From NCBI GenBank assembly GCA_024137785.1, contig JAHRHZ010000221.1, positions 1 to 64,000 on the forward strand: DNA of 64,000 nt, read 5' to 3'. A program made the position numbers and the translations under genes. A model generated the notes under the pieces. That model searched no databases. It was not told the origin of the DNA and saw nothing but the letters and a program-made list of their open reading frames with translations. The DNA comes from Ginglymostoma cirratum (taxonomy: Eukaryota). Below, piece after piece: positions 38,066-51,509 of this stretch. Every line of letters begins with the position of its first letter. Within the stretch, counting starts at the first letter, position 1.

Positions 38066-41000
38066 AGAACGAAGAAAATTACAGCACAGGAACAGGCCCT
38101 TCGGCCCTCCAAGCCTGCGCTGATCCGGATCCTCTATCTAAACCTGTCGTCTATTTTCCAAGGATCTGTATCCTTCTGCTCCCTGCCCATTCATGTACCT
38201 GTCTAGATACATCTTAAATGACGCTATTGTGCCTGCCTGTACCACCTCCGCTGGCAACGCGTTCCAGGCACCCACCGCCCTCTGTGTAAAGAAATTTCCA
38301 CGCATATCTCCCCTAAACTTTTCCCCTCTCACCTTGAAATCATGACCCCTCATCATTGAGTCCCCCACTCTGGGGAAAAAGCTTCTTGCTACCACCCTAT
38401 CTATACCTCTCATGATTTTGTAGACCTCAATCAGGGCCCCCCTCAACCTCTGTCTTTCTAATGTAAATAATCCTAATCTACTCAACCTCTCTTCATAGCT
38501 AGCGCTCTCCATACCAGGCAACATCCTGGTGAACCTCTTCTGCACTCTCTCCAAAGCATCCACATCCTTTTGGTAATGTGGCGACCAGAACTGTACGCAC
38601 TATTCCAAATGTGGTTGAACCAAAGTCCTATACAACTGTAACATGACCTGCCAACTCTTGTACTCAATACCCCGTACGATGAATGAAAGCATGCCGTATG
38701 CTTTCTTGACCACTCTATCGACCTGCGTTGCCACCTTCAGGGTACATTGACCTGAACATCCAGATCTCTCTGTGCATCAATTTTCCCCAGGGCTTTTCCA
38801 TTTACCGTATAGTTCGCTCTTGAATTGGATCTTCCAAAATGCATCACCTCGCATTTGCCTGGATTGAACTCCATCTGTCATTTCTCTGCCCAACTCTCCA
38901 ATCTATCTATATTCTGCTGCATTCTCCGACAGTACCTTTCACTATCTGCTACTTCACCAATCTTAGTGTCATCTGCAAACTTGCTAATCAGACCATCTAT
39001 ACCTTCCACCAGATCGTTTATATATATCACAAACAACAGTGGTCCCAGCATGGATCCCTGTGGAACACCACTGGTCACAGTTCTCCATTTTGAGAAACTC
39101 CCTTCCATTACAACTCTCTGTCTCCTGTTGCCCAGCCAGTTCTTTATCCATTTAGCTAGTATACCCTGGACCCCATGCGACTTCACTTTCTCCAGCAGCC
39201 TACCATGGGGAACCTTATCAAATGCCTTACTGAAGTCCATGTACATGAAATCGACAGCCCTTCCCTCACCTATCAACTTTGTCACTTCCTCAAAGAATTC
39301 TATCAAGTTGGTAAGACACAACCTTCCCTGCACAAAACCATGCTGCCTATCACTAATAAGCCCATTTTCTTCCAAATGTAAATAGATCCTATCCCTCAGT
39401 ATCTTCTCCAGCAGCTTCCCCACCACTGATGGTCAATAATTTCCTGGATTATCCTTGCTACCGTTCTTAAACAAGGGGACAACGTTAACAATTCTCCAGT
39501 CCTCTGGGACCTCACCCGTGCTCAAGGATGCTGCAAAGATATCTGTTAAGGCCCCAGCTATTTCCTCCCTCGCTTCCCTCAGTAACCTGGGATAGATCCC
39601 ATCTGGACCTGGGGACTTGTCCACCCTAATGCCTTTTAGAATACCCAACACTTCCCCCCTCCTTATGCTGACTCGACCGAGAGTAATCAAACATCTGTCC
39701 CTAACCTTAACATCCGTCATGTCCCTCTCCTCAGTGAATAATGACGCAAAGTACTTATTAAAAATCTCACTCATTTTCTCTGACTCCTCGCATAACTCCC
39801 CTCCTTTGTCCTTGAGTGGGCCAACCCTTTCTCTAGTTACCCTCTTGCTCCTTATGTATGAATAAAAGACTTTGGGATTTTCCTTAACCCTGTTTGCTAA
39901 AGATATCTCATGACCCCTTTTAGCCCTCTTAATTCCTTATTTCAGATTGGTCCTACTTTCCCAATATTCTTCCAAAGCTTCATCTGTTTTCAGTCTCCGA
40001 GACCTTTGTATGCTTCCTTTTCCTCTTTGATAGTCTCACAATTTCACCTGTCATCCATGGTTCCCTAATCTTGCCCTTTCTATCCCTCATTTTCACAGGG
40101 ACGTGTCCGTCCTGTACTCTAATCAACCTCTCTTTAAAAGCCTCCCACATATCAGATGTGGATTTACCCTCAAACAGCTGCTCCCAATCCACATTCCCCA
40201 GCTCCTGTCGAATTTTGCTATAGTTGGCTTTCCCCCAATTCAGCACTTTTCCTTTCGGACCACTCTCGTCTTTGTCCATCAGTATTCGAAAACTTAGGAA
40301 TTGTGATCACTATTCCCAAAGTAATCCCCCTACTGAAACTTCAACCACCTGGCCGGGCTCATTCCCCAACACCAGGTCCAGTATGGCCCTTTCCCGAGTT
40401 GGACTATTTACATACTGCTCTAGAAAACCCTCCTGGATGCTCCTTACGAATTCTGCTCCATCTAGACCCCTAACACTAAGTGAATCCCAGTCAATGTTGG
40501 GAAAATTAAAATCTCCCATCACCACCACCCTGTTGCTCCTACGTCTTTCCATAATCTGTCTACATATTTGTGCTTTTATCTCATGCTCACTGTTGGGAGG
40601 CCTGTAGTACAGCCCCAACATTGCTACCGCACCCTTCCTATTTCTGAGTCTGTCCATATTGCCTCATTGCTCGAGTTCTCCAGTGCCCTCCTTCAGCTGT
40701 GATATCCTCTTTGACCAGTAATGCAACTCCTCCACCCCTTTGACCTCCCTGTCTATCCCGCCTGAAGCATCTATATCCTGGGATATTTAGTTGCCAATCT
40801 TGCCCTACCCTCAACCAAGTCTCAGTAATAGAAATAACATCATACTCCCAGGTACTAATCCAAGCCCGAAGTTCATCTGCTTTACCTACTACACTTCTCG
40901 CATTAAAACAAATGCACCTCAGACCACCTGCCCCTTTGCATTCATCATCTGCTCTCTGCCTCCTCTTCCCCTTAGTGACACTGACTTCATTATCTAGTTC

Positions 41001-41650
41001 CTTACAGGCTTTAGTTACTGCCTCCTTACTGTCCACTAACCTCCTCATTTGGTTCCCATCCCCCTGCCACATTAGTTTAAACCCTCTCCAACAGCGTTAG
41101 CAAAAGCAGCCCCTCGGACATTCATTCCAGTCCTGCCCAGGTGTAGACCGTCCGATTTGTAATAGTCCCACCTCCCCCAGAACTGGTCCCAATGTCCCAA
41201 AAATCTGAACCCCTCCCTCCTGCACCATCTCTCAAGCCACTCATTTATCCTGCCTATTCTTTCATTTCCACTCTGACTAGCAAGTGGCACTGGTAGCAAT
41301 CCTGAGATTACTACCTCTGAGGTCCTACTTTTTAACTTGGCTCCTAACTCCCTAAATTCTGCTTGTAGTACCTCATCCCATTTTTTACCTATATCATTGG
41401 TGCCTATATGCACCACGACAGCTGGCTGTTCACCCTCCCCCTTCAGAATGTCCTGCAGTCGATCTGAGACATCCCTGACCCGTGCACCTGGGAGTCAGGC
41501 CCCTGGTCCTTGCTCTAGTGCTGCTGCTGCTGCAAAAAATGGAGGCCGCTGATTGCATGAGGTAAGTTTTTAACTCGGAAACTTGCCTCCCGGCAGGCCC
41601 CTGGTCCTTGCTCTCACTGCTCCCGCTGCTGCTTCTGCAAAAAATGGAGC
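38066..41650 (-). mobile_element. CR1 LINE: ORF1 esterase (N-terminus missing) + disrupted ORF2 EN-RT + duplicated 5'UTR units
   Basis: VHIGTNDIG, DGLHL, CICFNARS, MGDFNFP, QHGFVQGR, YMDFSKAFDKVPH, SKFADDTK; tandem GGCCCCTGGTCCTTGCTCT...CTGCAAAAAATGGAG units at 41509-41650. Confidence 0.92.
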
Positions 41651-42074
41651 ATGTGACACAAAACTGGGGTTGTTCACTTATAAACAGTGGGGGCTGCACT
41701 GACTCACCTCTGATTTGCAGAGTAGAGGAAAGCCAAGAAGATAATTGAACAGTTTTAAGGTGATGGTAAATAGATCTTGACAAATGAGGGAGTCAAAGGT
41801 TTTTGGACTGAGGTGGGATTGTGAATTTGAGGCCACAGTTAAACTTACTGAATGGTGGAGGAGGCTTCAGGGGCTGCTTAGCTACTCCTGCTCCTAAATT
41901 GTATGTTCATCTGTAAGTTCATATCAGACTGCAAACTCCAGAGATAAAATTCCATTTCTAGTCACTGGATTAGGAAAACAGGAAATCAACATAACCACAT
42001 AATTCGACATCAAGAAACAAAGCCAGTGTGGCTGTTTACAACCAGAACAAAACCTCATCCACTCTTGGAAATTA

Positions 42075-42210
42075 AGCAAAGGATTGTTTCTCCTGTGGCA
42101 GAACCAACAAGCTGGTGCTCAACAACTGTTTCAGTGTCAAAACCCAGAACTACCCACTATCATTGAAGTAGATGCATCTTCAACAGCAATGGGGTGTGTG
42201 CTCTTTTAGA
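42075..42210 (+). mobile_element. Gypsy LTR-retrotransposon internal remnant
   Basis: KDCFSCGRT (knuckle-like) followed closely by NPELPTIIEVDASSTAMGCVLF (RNase H motif). Confidence 0.55.
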
Positions 42211-42484
42211 TACTGAGAGAAGGAAAGCACAGACCAACAAGATCACTGAAAAAGACTGAGTAGACATATAAAGTGATAGAGAAAGAAGGACGAATTGCGA
42301 CATGGACATTCAGAGCATCTGTCTCTACATCAAGACAGAGATAGGCCGCAAACCCTAGTGAGTCCCTTAAATTATAAGTTCGCAAACATTCCATCATGAG
42401 TACAATAATTCTGACTGAGGATGATTAAGGTTTGATGCAAAGGCACGGGATTTATTATGAAAACAGCAGAGTTTTTACAATATA

Positions 42485-42795
42485 TATTCATGGGATGTGG
42501 GTGTCACTGGCTAGGCCAGCATTTATTGCCCCTCCCTAATTGCCCAGAGGGCATTTAAGAGTCAACCACATTGCTGTGGGTCTGGAGTCACGTGTAGGAA
42601 GACATTAGTGAACCAGATGGATTTTTCTGCCAATTGGGAATGGGTTCATAATCACCATTAGACTCTTAGTTCCAGATTTTTAAAATTTGAATTCAAATTT
42701 GCCATCTGCCATGGTGAGATTTGAACCCAGGTCCCCAGAAAATTCCCTGGGTCACTTAACAGTCCAGCGATAATACCATAAGGCCATTGCCTCCC
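42485..42795 (-). mobile_element. tRNA-derived SINE (head + body + tail of the 15978-19200 LINE)
   Basis: Head tggccttatggtattatcgctggactgttaa, B box ggttcaaatc; body and tail align to 18933-19200 and 15985-16050. Confidence 0.85.
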
Positions 42796-43029
42796 CAATT
42801 TGACAAATGATTTACCCCGATCCCTGAGGCAAGGCCTGATCAAGATTAAATAGTTCTTGTTGAAAATGTAAAAATCTTTACACTCATAATGTGACAAAAG
42901 GCTAGAAACATGTATATGTATACGTGTATCATTTTTAGAATTTAGAGTCCAAACTGAAAGCAAATGGCTGTTAGCTACTTCTGTGAAAAGCTACCATTTT
43001 TTAAAAAAAAAATGGTCAGAGTCACATTT

Positions 43030-44825
43030 CAACATGGAAATGAGGAATTTACAGGAGCCGGGGGGTGATGGATAACAGTTTCAGGAAGGTTGAAAAACCA
43101 CAGATACAGTCAGGTAGGTGTGTTACCTCTTAGAAGAGTAGGAGAGGTGGGCAGATAATGCATGAGTCTCATTTGGCTATCCCCATCTTAAAAATGTTTG
43201 CTGTTTCGGAAAAGGTAGGGGGTGATGGTCTGTCAGGGGAATGTAGCACTGACAGCTAGGTTTCTGGTACCAAGACTGGCTCTACTGTAATGAGGGGTAT
43301 GTCAGGTTCCAAGCAATCAATTATGATTGGGGACACTTTAGTCAGAGGCACAGGCAGATGTTTCTGCGGCTGACAGCGAGAATGGTGTATTGCCTCCCTG
43401 GTGCCAGGGTCACTGAGAGGGTGCCGAATATTCTCAAAGGGGAGAGTGACCAGCAGGGGGCTGTTCATGTTGGTATCAACGATGTAGGAAGAGAAAAGGA
43501 CGAGGTTCTGAGGACAGATTATAGGAAATTAGGCAGGAGATTCAAAGGTAGGTCCTCGAGGATAGTAATACCTGGATTACTCCCTAGTGAGAGGAGGAAT
43601 AGGAGGATAGAGCAGATGAATGCGTGGCTGAGGAGCTGGCGCAGGGGAGAAGGATACATGTTTTTGGATCATTGGAATCATTTCTCGAGTAAAAGTGACC
43701 TGTATAGGAAGGATGGGTTGCACCTGAACTGGAAGGCGACTAATACACTGGCGGGGAGATTTGCTAGAGCTACTTGAGAGGATTTAAACTAGTAAAGGGT
43801 TGAGAAGAAGTGGGAGAGGATGCAGATAGAGAGAAAAGAAATGGCTAGTGCAGTTGAGAAAAGGACGAAGTCAAACAGTCCAGGCAGGCAGGAGCAAGAC
43901 AGAAAACAAGTAGGGGACTTATCAATTAAACTGCTTATATTTCAATGCAAGAGGCTTGAGAGGAAAGGCAGATTAACTTAGGGCATGGCTAGGAACATAC
44001 AGAGATATCATAGCTATTAAAGAAATATGGCTCAGGGATGGCAGCTTAATATTCTGGGGTATGGATGCTATAGGAAAGATAGAAAGTGGGGAGTAAGAGA
44101 GGACGGGGAGTGGTAATTCTGGTCAGGGATAACATTATGGCTGTACTTGGAGAAGAATATTCTGGGGAGTACATCCAGTGAAGTTATTTGGGTGGAACTG
44201 AGAAAAAAGAAATGGATGATCACCATATTGGGATTGTACTAAAGAGCCTCTCAACCCCAACAGTCAGCGGGAAATTGAGAAACAAATTTGTAACGAGATC
44301 TCAGTTATCTGTGGAATAATAGGGTTGTTATGGTAGGGGATTTTAACTTTCCAAACATAGACTGGGATTGCCATAGTGTTAAGGGCTTGGACGGAGTGGA
44401 ATTTAAGGGTGCACAGGAACATTTGCTTATTCAGTCCGTGGATGTACCTACTAGATAAGGAGCAAAACTTCACCTTCTCTTGGGAAATAAGACAGGGCAA
44501 GTGACTGAGGTGTCAGTGGGGGTGCATTTTGGGGCCAGTGACCATAATTCTATTAGTTTTAAAACAGTGATGGAAAAGGATAGACTGGATCTAAAAGTTA
44601 AAGTTCAAAATTGGAGGAAGGTCAATTTTGACAGCATTAGGCAAAAAATTGATTGGGGACGGCTGGAAAGTGGAAATTCTTCAAAAATGAAATAATGAGA
44701 AGTCCCGATACAATATCTTCCTGTAGGGAATGTTGGATGACTAGAAACATTGTGGCTCTGGTCATGAAAAAGAAGGAAGCGTATGTCAGGTATAGACAGT
44801 GGGGATCAAATGAATTCCTAGAAAA
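43030..44825 (+). mobile_element. Decayed CR1 (ORF1 SGNH esterase + EN)
   Basis: MVYCLPGARV, VHVGINDVG, DGLHLNWK, HFGASDHNSISF. Confidence 0.85.
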
Positions 44826-45238
44826 GGAAAATTTCTCTGGGTATGACTGGACAGATATGTGTGGAACCGACGAGGACAGGCCCATTCTGCTGGACACTGG
44901 AAGAGGATGGTGTGGTCAGTTGTGTGAAAGGCTGCAGACACATTGAGGAGGATGAAGAGGGACAGTGTACCCTGATTACAATCTCAGAGTTTGTCATTTC
45001 CATCAATCATAAAGATCATTGAAATAAATATTACCAGAAGTGGAAATGACCAATCCTGTAGGATGTGAGAGTAAAGGCAGAAAGTTTGCTTCATGTGTGA
45101 GTGACAACTGCTTGGTTTCAGTTTAACTTAATCTGTCAAACATATTTTAACAGAATATCTAAATGTGCAGGCATTTTGGGGATGGATATTAGACTTCAAA
45201 TAGGGGCAAATATTGCTGAAGTTGACTAGTTCCATTAC

Positions 45239-48200
45239 ATAGAACATAGAACTGTACAGCACAGTACAGGCCTTCAGCCCACGATGTTGTGCCGAAATTC
45301 TACCCTAAACCTAAGGTCTAACTAACCTCCACCCCCACATGCTGGCAGACAGCAAACTGGTTTGAAGTGTGTCTACTTCAATGCCAGGAGTATCCGGAAT
45401 AAGGTAGGTGAGCTTGCAGCATAGATAGGTACCTGGGACTTCGATGTTGTGGCCATTTCGGAGTCGTGGATAGAGCAGGGTCAGGAATGGATGTTGCAGG
45501 TTCCAGGGTTTAGATCTTTCATAAAGATCAGGGAAGGTGGTAAAAGAGGGGGAGGTGTGGCTTTGTTAGTCAAGGACAGTATAACGGTGGCTGAAAGAAC
45601 TTTTGATGAGGACTCGTCTACTGAGGTGGTATGGGCTGAGGTCAGAAACAGGAGAGGAGAGGTCACACTGCTGGAAGTTTTTTACAGGCCTCCGCAAAGT
45701 TCCAGGGATGTGGAGGAGAGGATCGGCAAAATGATTCTGGGCAGGAGTGAAAGGAACAGGGTGGTCATTATGGGAGACTTTAACTTCCCCAACATTGACT
45801 GGAAATGCTATAACTCGAATACGTTGGATGGATCGGTTTTTGTCCAATGTGTGCAGGAGGGTTTCCTGACACACTATGTCGAAGGGCCGACAAGAGGGGA
45901 GGCCACACTGGATCTGGTACTTGGTAATGAACCAGGCCAGGTGTTTGATTTAGTGGTAGGTGAGCACTTTGGAAAGAGTGACCATAACTCGGTTACATTT
46001 AGTTTAGCGATGGAAAGGGATAGGAACATGCCACTGGGCAAGAGTTATAGATGGGGAAGGGCAATTATAATGCGATTAGGCAAGACTTAGGAGGGATAGA
46101 ATGTGGTAGCAAAATGCAGGGGATGGGGACAATCGAAACGTGGAGCTGGTTTAAGGAACAGATATTGCGTGTCCTTGATAGGTATGTCCCTGTCAGGCAG
46201 GGAGGAAGTGATAAGGTAAGGGAACCTTGGTTTACAAAAGAAATTGTATCTTTTGTTAAGTGGAAGAGGGAGGCTTATGTGACATTGAGACGAGATGGTT
46301 CAGACGAGGCGATGGAGAGTTACAGATTAGTTGGAAGGATTTAAAGAGAGAGTTAAGAAGAGCAAGGAGGGGACATGAGCAGTCATTAGCAGGTAGAATT
46401 AAGGAGAACCCTAAAGCTTTCTATAGGTATGTGGGGAATAAAAGTATGACTAGGGTAAGAATAGGGCCAGTCAAAGACAGAAGTGGAAGTTGTGTGTGGA
46501 CCCTGCGGAGATCGGAGAGGTGCTAAACAAATATTTCTCATCTGTTTTCACTCGGGAAAAGGAGAATATTGTAGAGGAGAAGACTGAGATACGGGCCCTT
46601 AGACTTGAAAGGATTGAGGTTAGTAAGGAGGAGGTGTTATCAATCCTAGAAGGTGTGAAGGTAGATAAATCCCCTGGGCCGGATGGGATTTTTCCGAGGA
46701 TTCTCTGGGAAGCTAGGGAGGAGATGGCGGAGCCTTTGGCCTTGATCTTTGAGTCGTCATTGGCTATAGGTTTAGTACCAGATGACTGGAGGATTGCAAA
46801 TGTTGTGCCCTTGTTCAAGAAGGGCAGTAGAGATGACCCAGGTAATTATAGACCAGTGAGCCTTACATCTGTTGTAGGAAAAGTTTTGGAAAGGATTATA
46901 AGAGATAGGATTTACAATCATCGAGCAAGCAACAATTTGATTGGACATAGTCAACATGGATTCGTCAAGAGCAGGTCGTGTCTCACAAACCTCATTGAGT
47001 GTTTTGAGAAGGTGACCAAGCATGTGGATGAGGGTGGGGCAGTTGACGTGGTGTACATGGACTTCAGTGAAGCCTTTGATAAGGTTCCACATGGTAGGCT
47101 ATTGGAGCAAATGCGGAAGCATGGGATTGAGGGAGATTTAGCAGTTTGGATTAGAAACTGGCTTTCTGAAAGAAGGCAAAGAGTGGTGGTTGATGGAAAA
47201 TATTCAGCCTGGAGTCCGGTTACTAGTGGTGTGCCACAAGGATCTGTTTTGGGACCACTGCTGTTTGTCATTTTTATAAATGACTTGGACGCAGACATAG
47301 GTGGATGGGTTAGTAAGTTTGCAGATGACACTAAAGTCGGTGGAGTGGTGGACAGTGTGGAAGAATGTTGCAGGTTGCAGGGAAACTTGGATAAACTGCA
47401 GAATTGGGCTGAAAGGTGGCAAATGGAGTTCAATGCAGATAAATGTGAGGTGATGCACTTTGGGAAGAATAATAGGAAGGCAGAATACTGGGTCAATGGA
47501 AATATTCTTGGTAGTGTGGATGTGCAGAGGGATCTTGGTGTCCAGGTACATAGATCCCTGAAAGTTGCCACCCAGGTTGATAGCGCTGTTAAGAAGGCAT
47601 ACGGTGTGTTAGGTTTCATTGGTAGAGGGATTGAGTTCCGGAGCAGTGATGTCATGCTGCAACTGTCCAAAACGCTAGTGCGGCCTCACTTGGAATATTG
47701 CATACAGTTTTGGCCGCCCCATTACAGGAAGGATGTGGAAGCATTGGAAAAGGTGCAGAGGAGATTTACCAGGATGTTGCCTGGTCTGGAGCGAAGGTCT
47801 TATGAGGAAAGACTGAGGGACTTGGGTCTGTTTTCATTGGAGAGAAGAAGGCTAAGAGAGGATTTGATAGAGACATACAAAATGATCAGAGGATTAGATA
47901 GGGTGGACAGTGAGAGTCTTTTTCCGAGGATGATGACGTCGGCTAGTACGAGGGGCATAGCTGCAAATTGAGGGGTGATAGATTTAAGACAGATGTCAGA
48001 GGCAGGTTCTTTACTCAGAGAGTGGTAAGGGCGTGGAATGCCCTGCCTGCCAATGTAGTTAACTCAGCCACATTAGGGGCATTTAAACAGTCCTTGGATA
48101 AGCATATGGATGATGATGGGATAGTGTAGGGGGTGGGCTTAGATTAGTTCACAGGTCGGCGCAACATCGAGGGCCGAAGGGCCTGTTCTGCGCTGTATTG

Positions 48201-50763
48201 TTCTATGTTCTATGTTCTATGATACTATCAATGCTATGCCTATCTAATAGCTGCTTAAATGCCCCTAATGAGGCCGACTCCACTACCCTCTCCGGCAATG
48301 CATTCCACGCCCCGACCACTCTCTGAGTAAAGAACCTACCTCTGACATCTCCCCTATATCTACCTCCACTCATTTTAAAACTATGCCCGCTCGTAATAGC
48401 TACCTACCCCCCGAGGAAAAAGTCTCTGGCTGTCCACTCTATCTCTCCCTCTGATCATTTTGTACACTCTATCAAGTCACCCCTCATCCTTCGTCGTTCT
48501 AAAGAGAAAAGCCTCTCTCGACCTTTCCTCATAAGACCTTCCCTCCATTCCATGCATCTCCCCTGCCTGCTAGGGACAAACATATCAAGCACACGCAGTA
48601 TGCATTCCTTAAACAATCTCCATATTTCAATAGTGCTCTTCCCTGACATCTGTTCCCATTTTATGTTACCCAGTTCTTGCCTAACAGAATTGTAATTACC
48701 CTTCCCCCAATTATAAACCTTACCCTGCTGTATGTACCTATCCTTTCCCATGACTATTGTAAAAGTAACAGAGTTATGATCACTACTGCCAAAATGCTCT
48801 CCTACCAACAGGTCTAACACTTGGCCTGGTTCATTGCCAAGCACCAAATCTAAAGTGTCCTCTCCTCCTGTTGGTCTATCTACATACTGTGTCAGGAATC
48901 CTTCCTGAACGCACTGGACAAAATCCGCTCCATCTAAACTATTACAACTAAAAAGTTTCCAATCAACATTTGGAAATTTGAAGTCACCCATAACTACAAA
49001 CCAGTGACTTCTGCACCTTTCCAGTATCTGCCTCTCAATTCGCTCCTCCACTTCTCTGCAGCTATTAGGGGGTCTGCAAAAATAAAAACCCCAACAAAGT
49101 GACTGCTCCTTTCTTGTTCCTGACCTCAACCCAAACTGACTGTGTAGATATATCATTCTCTAACTGCCTTTCAATAGCTGCTATACCAGCCCTGACTAGC
49201 AATGTCACTTCCCCGCCTCTTTTTCCACCTCCCTATTTCTGTTAAAGCACCTATATCCCGGAACTTCCAACAACCATTCCTGTCCCTGAGTTACCCAAGT
49301 TTCTGTAATGGCCACAACATCGTAGTTCCAAGTACTGACCCATGCTCTGAGTTCATCCGCCTTATTTCTGATACTTCTAACATCGAAGTATACACATCTC
49401 AAACCATCTGTGTCCACAATTACGCTCCATCAACCGCATTTCTTTATTTAACAACCTCACTCGCTGTTGTGTCTGTTGGAAGGCTGAATACCTCATCCTC
49501 TGAATTACAAATCCGGTTCCCCACCCCCTGCCAATGTAGCTTAAACCATCCCGCATAGCTCGAGCAAACCTCCCTCCCAGGATATTTGTGCCCTTCCGGT
49601 TGAGGTGCAACCCGTCCTTACTGTACAGGTCCCACCTTCCCCAGAATGTGCTCCAATTATCCACATAATGGAAGCCCTCCCTCCTACACCAGCCTTGTAG
49701 CCATGTGTTTAGCTGCACTCTCTCCCTATTTCTTACCTTGTGTCACGTGGCACTGGTAGTAATCCAGAGATAACTACCCTGTTTGTCCTGGACTTCAGCT
49801 TCCAACCTAACTCCCTGTACTCGTTTTTTGCATTCTCAGTCCTTTTTCTACCTATGTCATTGGTACCGATGTGTACCATGACTGCTGGTTGCACACTCTC
49901 CCCCTTAAGGATCTTGAAGACACGATCCGAGACATCATGGACCCTGGCACTCAGGAGGCAACATACCATCCATTCATCTCATTCACGTCCACAGAACCGC
50001 CTGTCTGTGCCTCTTACTATTGAATCCCCCACTACAATTGCTCTCCTATTCTCCCCCCTTCCCTTCTGTGCTACAGGGCCAGGTTCAGTGCCAGAGACCT
50101 GTCTGCTATGGCCTTCCCCTGGTAGGTCGTCCCTCCCAACTGTATCCAAAATAGTATACTTATTATTGAGTGGAACGGCCACAGGGGATCCCTGCCCTGT
50201 CTGCCTATTCCCTTTCCCCTTCCTGACAGTCACCCAGCTACCTTTTTCCTGTACCTTGGGTGTGACCACCTCCACATAACTCCTCTCTATCACGCCCTCA
50301 GCCTCCCGAATGATCCAGAGTTCATCCAGCTCCAGCTCCAGTTCCCTAACACGGTTTGTGAGGAGCTGGAGTTGGGTACACTTCTCGCAGGTGAAGTCAG
50401 AGGAGACACCAGCAGTGACCCTTACCTCCCACATCCTGCAAGAGGGGCATGCAACTGCCCTACCTTCCATTCCCTCGACTCTAGATTTCCAGAAGAATAA
50501 AAAAAGCCTTACCTTACTGACCCTCCACACAGACTTTTTTTTTTGGTTAGAGGAGGAGGATGGGTGGGAGACACTACACATATGGTGTTGCGGGTTTAGC
50601 CAATGCCCGAATATATTAGTTCCTTCCTGGCTCGCGTTGTCTCCACATACCCGCTGCTCCAAACAAGAAGGCTGCTGCTGCACAAGGTAAGTTTTTATAA
50701 GGAAAAAAAAGCCTTACCTTCCCGTTGGCACCCTGGCCCGCACTCCCGCTGCTCCAAACAAGA
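45239..50763 (-). mobile_element. Full-length-ended CR1 with internal deletion of RT (5'UTR, ORF1, EN, 3' end), ATTAC TSD
   Basis: ORF1 CPSCRMWE...CEKCTQL, coiled coil, IVVGDSIVRG esterase; EN; jump to ORF2 C-terminus near 48553; ATTAC at 45234-45238 and 50764-50768. Confidence 0.85.
45341..48221 (+). mobile_element. Relatively young CR1 ORF2 (EN + RT) inserted antisense into the 3'UTR of the host CR1
   Basis: 493-aa ORF 46490-47971 with NYRPVSLTS, QHGF, GVPQGSVLGP, FADDTK; (tgttcta)n tail; frameshifts between EN and RT. Confidence 0.95.
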
Positions 50764-50847
50764 ATTACTTGAGGAGAACATCAGTCAGTACTGGGCACTG
50801 AAGCTCAAGAAGGATGTATTGACCTTGGTGAGGGTGCAGTGGAAATT

Positions 50848-51185
50848 TAGAATCATAGAATCCCTACAGTATAGGGATTTAGCCTGTTGAGTCCTCCAAA
50901 TAGCATCCCATCCAGACCCAGCCTTCTACCCTATCCCTGTAACGCTGAATTTCCTACAGGAAATCCACCTAGCCAGGACATCCCTGGACACGATGGGCAA
51001 TTTAGCAAGGCCAATCCACCTAACCTGCACATCTTTGAACTATGGGAGGAAATTGGAGGACCCGGAGGAAACCTGTGCAGACACATGGAGAATGTGCAGA
51101 CACCACACAGACAGTCACGCGAGGGTGGAATTGAACCCAGGTCCCTAGCACTGTGAGGTAGCAGTGCTAACCACCGTGCCACCCC
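50848..51185 (-). mobile_element. HE1/V-SINE
   Basis: ggtggcacggtggttagcactgctacctcacagtgctagggacctgggttcaattcc head; tail gggattctatgattcta. Confidence 0.9.
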
Positions 51186-51509
51186 AGAATGATGCCAGCT
51201 AAAAGTGTTACAACATTTATTTGACTTGTGTTCCCTCAAATGTAGAATTTAGAAGACTAAAGAGTGAAAGGTTAATTATGAGGTTCAAGCTGATTAACAA
51301 TTCGATTGGATAAATACAGAGAAATGATTTCTCCAGTGGTGGTGGGGGAGCAGGTCTTTAAAATTCAAGCCAGGCCATTCAGGGGGTGCTGCCAAGAAGT
51401 ATTTTTCACACAGAGTGATGAAAATCTCAAACTCTCTCTCATGAGCAGCTGACAAGTCTGGAGGATTAAGTGGAAAATTCAACATTGAGATTGACAGTAC
51501 ATTTCTGAA

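Noticed and set aside
46490-47971. 493-aa ORF as a host or domesticated gene
   Set aside because: Standard CR1 reverse transcriptase inside an element with frameshifts and a tandem tail.
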